Assembly: GCA_965205335.1 (NCBI GenBank)
Contig: OZ242164.1
Location: 544,001-608,000, forward strand
DNA: 64,000 nucleotides
Reading direction: 5' to 3'
Origin: Candidatus Woesearchaeota archaeon
GTDB lineage: Archaea; Nanobdellota; Nanobdellia; Woesearchaeales; UBA583
Shown: in pieces, positions 60,966 to 64,000 of the stretch
Position numbering within the stretch: position 1 is the first letter of the stretch
Layout: each line of letters starts with the position of its first letter
Made by a program: the position numbers and the translations under genes
The notes under the pieces: generated by a model
The model's database searches: none
The model's input: the letters and a program-made list of their open reading frames with translations, nothing else
Told to the model about the DNA's origin: nothing

Positions 60966-61805
60966 ATGGAAAAAATTATAGACGCTCTTCTAAAAAAAAT
61001 AAAATCAAAACCACAAATTAAGCATTTAGAAGACAAATTTATACTAGAGAGAATTAGAAAGTTTCTCAAAACAAACGGTGATATTAGAGTAAAACTTGAA
61101 AAAGAATTTAAGTTAAAACAAGATAAAATAACTAAATCAAAAGTTTTCAAGGAAATTGTAAAAGCAATCAGATGGGAAATAGGAGTAATCTATGGAAGTT
61201 TTCTGACAAAGAGCTTTCCAAAAAAAAATAAATTAATTGAAAGCAATTACAAAGACTTACTAAAACTTCACAAATCAACAAAAGAGAGAATTGAACTATA
61301 TGAAAAAATTTACAGACAGATACTCAGATGGTATAAACCAAAAAAAATAGGGGACTTAGGATGCGGATTAAATCCTATCTCTTATGAAATAATTGAAAAA
61401 ATTCTAAAATACAAACCAGAATACTTTGCATCAGATTTAAACTCTGAGGACATAGAATTTTTAAATAACTACTTTGAATCAAACGACATTAAGGGAAAAG
61501 CCAAAGTATATAACATAACAAACCTTGAAATATTAAAAGATGAAGATTTTAAAGAGTGTGATTTAATATTCTTATTTAAGGTTCTTGACAGTTTTGAATT
61601 CATTAAAAAAAATATCTCAAAGAAATTGCTTGATGAAATAAAATCAAAACATATAGTTGTTTCATTTCCAATGAAATCCCTTATTTCAAAGAAGACTTTT
61701 GATTTCAGTAAAAGAAACTGGTTTAAGAATTACATAAATAAAATGAATTGGGATTACAAAGCATTTGAAGTTGAAAACGAAATATTTTATTTAATTAAAA
61801 AATAG
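60966..61805 (+). CDS. ArmA/Rmt (FmrO)-like rRNA methyltransferase
   Basis: LHKSTKERI, DLGCGLNP, LFKVLD.FE and VVSFPMKSL motifs. Confidence 0.75.
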   Translation: MEKIIDALLKKIKSKPQIKHLEDKFILERIRKFLKTNGDIRVKLEKEFKLKQDKITKSKVFKEIVKAIRWEIGVIYGSFLTKSFPKKNKLIESNYKDLLKLHKSTKERIELYEKIYRQILRWYKPKKIGDLGCGLNPISYEIIEKILKYKPEYFASDLNSEDIEFLNNYFESNDIKGKAKVYNITNLEILKDEDFKECDLIFLFKVLDSFEFIKKNISKKLLDEIKSKHIVVSFPMKSLISKKTFDFSKRNWFKNYINKMNWDYKAFEVENEIFYLIKK

Positions 61806-62062
61806 ACAATGCATAAGCCACGTTCTGTAATTTCTGTAGCACCTAAACATTTAGGCAACGAAATTCGTATAATTCATCTAAGCGAGCATTAAACTCTTGC
61901 ACCAGTCAGTTTGTTTCAACTTTGAAGGATTTATAACGCTCAACTAATATCATCGCTAAATCAACCAAAGGGATTTTCTGTATAGGCTGTTTCCATCCTC
62001 TGACTATAACTAAGGGTGCGTGGACTTTCCTCCCAAAAGGGTTTATACTAATTGCCTATTGC
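61806..62062 (-). ncRNA. rnpB: RNase P RNA (short archaeal type)
   Basis: GAGGAAAGTCC (CR-I), ACAGAAA, TGAAAC, TAGATGAAT and ACAGAACGTGGCTTA (CR-V); TATA box near 62081-62092. Confidence 0.88.
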
Positions 62063-62106
62063 AATAAAACATACGAGATTTTATTTATAAAACTATCTCC
62101 ACTTGG

Positions 62107-62223
62107 GGCTTTGTACGAAAAGTAACAATTGCTTTAAAAAAGATTAAAACATTATATTATATATTGATAATTTTAATTATTTCTAATTTATTGTTAATTC
62201 TTAATGACTTTTCGTACAAAGCC
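62107..62223. mobile_element. MITE family B (117 bp), 9-bp TSD, same ends as the IS at 45112-46775
   Basis: TIR GGCTTTGTACGAAAAGT/ACTTTTCGTACAAAGCC; TCCACTTGG on both sides. Confidence 0.9.
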
Positions 62224-62288
62224 TCCACTTGGAAATTCTACAACCCTCACTAAAAAAATTTTATAAAAGGATGTCAATTAAACAATTT

Positions 62289-63209
62289 ATGAGAAAAGCT
62301 ATTTCCATTAAAAACTTGAAAAAAACATATGACAACAATTTTCAGGCTCTTAAAGGAATTAACTTGGAAATTGAAGAAGGAGACTTCTTTGCACTCTTAG
62401 GCCCAAACGGTGCAGGCAAATCCACAACCATAGGAATACTAACATCCTTGGTTAGAAAAACGTCAGGACAAGTTAAAATTTTTGGAATAGACATAGATGA
62501 AGATTTTGATAAAGCAAAAACATACATTGGGGTAGTTCCTCAGGAATTCAACCTTGGAATCTTTGAAAAAGTAGAAGAAATAATAACAACACAGGCAGGA
62601 TATTATGGAATCCCGTACAAAGAAGCAAAAAAAAGAGCAGAAAAATACCTTAAAGAATTAGGACTCTGGAATAAAAAAGACCATAAAGCAATGCTTCTCT
62701 CAAGCGGAATGAAAAGAAGATTAATAATTGCAAGAGCCTTAGTTCACGAACCAAAACTATTAATTCTTGACGAGCCAACTGCAGGCGTTGACATTGAAAT
62801 AAGAGCAACCATTTGGAAACTCCTTAAAAAAATAAACAAAGAAGGAGTAACCATTGTTCTTACAACCCATTACTTAGAAGAAGCAGAAGCCATGTGCAAA
62901 AACATAGCAATAATTGACAAAGGAGAAATTGTAGTAAACACATCCATCAAATCACTATTAAGAAAAGCAAACACTCAGACAATTTTAGTTGATACAAAAA
63001 ATCCAGTTCATAAAATCCCAAAACTAAAAGACTGCAAATATGAATTAATTGACGAGCATACAATTAAAATAAGTTTTTCAAACAAAGTAACACTTAATGA
63101 TGTATTTAACTGCCTGAACAAATATGAAATTCAAATCATTTCAATGAGAAATCAAAGAAACAGATTAGAGGGATTATTCTTAGAACTAACAAGAGGTACA
63201 TTAAGATGA
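62289..63209 (+). CDS. ABC transporter ATP-binding protein (YadG-like)
   Basis: GPNGAGKST, LSSGMKRR and LDEPTAGVD motifs; start moved to MRKAISIK. Confidence 0.9.
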   Translation: MRKAISIKNLKKTYDNNFQALKGINLEIEEGDFFALLGPNGAGKSTTIGILTSLVRKTSGQVKIFGIDIDEDFDKAKTYIGVVPQEFNLGIFEKVEEIITTQAGYYGIPYKEAKKRAEKYLKELGLWNKKDHKAMLLSSGMKRRLIIARALVHEPKLLILDEPTAGVDIEIRATIWKLLKKINKEGVTIVLTTHYLEEAEAMCKNIAIIDKGEIVVNTSIKSLLRKANTQTILVDTKNPVHKIPKLKDCKYELIDEHTIKISFSNKVTLNDVFNCLNKYEIQIISMRNQRNRLEGLFLELTRGTLR

Positions 63210-63982
63210 GAATCTCATACACAAAAAGAATTGCATTTTACACAATCGCAAGAAAAGAAATTAATAGAATCCTAAGAATATGGACTCAAACACTTTTCCC
63301 ATCAGTTATAACCTCAATACTATATTTTGTAATCTTTGGTGGTTTAATAGGTTCTCATATTGGAGAAATGGATGGAATTGAGTATATATCGTTTATTATC
63401 CCTGGCTTTATTATGATGGCTGTAATCAATAACTCATATATAAACACAGCATCATCATTTTTTATGAACAAATTCCATAAATCAATTGAAGAGATAATAG
63501 TTAGTCCAACTCCAAGTTGGGTTATCGCAACAGGTTATGCTATTGGTGGAATGTTCAGAGGACTTGTCGTGGGTTTTTTAGTGATATTAGTATCTTTATT
63601 TTTTGTGGAACTAGAAATCTTCAACATTGCAATTCTTATATCAAGCATTGTTTTAACATCAGCACTGTTCTCATTTGCAGGATTAATCAATGGGATTTAT
63701 GCTAAAAAATTTGATGATGTCGGAATTATCCCCATATTTATATTAACTCCCTTAACCTACTTTGGAGGAGTTTTCTATTCAATAACACTTCTTCCTCAAT
63801 TCTGGCAGAATCTTTCACTAATTAACCCTATTCTTTATATGGTAAACATTTTCAGATATGGATTCTTTGGAGTATCAGATGTAAACATTATATTCGCCAT
63901 TTCAATGATTATAATCTTACTTGTAATATTTTACGTATGGGTAATTTATCTTCTAAGCAAAGGCCATAGCATGCGCTCATAG
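63206..63982 (+). CDS. ABC-2 transporter permease (YadH-like)
   Basis: RIWTQTL, IPGFIMM, PLTYFGGVFYS and NPILYMVN..RYGF motifs. Confidence 0.9.
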   Translation: MRISYTKRIAFYTIARKEINRILRIWTQTLFPSVITSILYFVIFGGLIGSHIGEMDGIEYISFIIPGFIMMAVINNSYINTASSFFMNKFHKSIEEIIVSPTPSWVIATGYAIGGMFRGLVVGFLVILVSLFFVELEIFNIAILISSIVLTSALFSFAGLINGIYAKKFDDVGIIPIFILTPLTYFGGVFYSITLLPQFWQNLSLINPILYMVNIFRYGFFGVSDVNIIFAISMIIILLVIFYVWVIYLLSKGHSMRS

Positions 63983-64000
63983 AACCAAATCAACTCAGGA

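Overview
AT-rich archaeal chromosome segment, most consistent with a DPANN (Woesearchaeota/Nanoarchaeota-like) genome. The archaeal markers are eS8, eL15, Rpo10, TFS, TFE, aEF-2, Kae1, Pop5, archaellin and TATA-type leaderless promoters. It holds about 60 CDSs, mostly housekeeping (Nog1, SMC/ScpB, SecF, ThrRS, RlmE, partial glycolysis/PPP), 3 tRNAs and a short RNase P RNA. Mobile DNA comprises an intact IS481-family element, a decayed SWIM+DDE IS, and four MITEs of two related end types. Two giant Cys-rich repeat surface proteins and several bacterial-type genes are also present. Best leads: (1) a hairpin inside the SWIM-DDE IS, with its own TATA box, whose loop is complementary to the first codons of the transposase (candidate IS-encoded antisense sRNA); (2) an RpoD-like sigma-70 gene behind an archaeal promoter that has lost the promoter-melting WW pair; (3) an ArmA/Rmt-like 16S methyltransferase; (4) a Dph6 coupled to a glutaminase; (5) a pilin-BspA adhesin broken at a G7 tract; (6) a possible rRNA-mimic leader on eL15. 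All calls come from motif recognition by eye; no searches were run.
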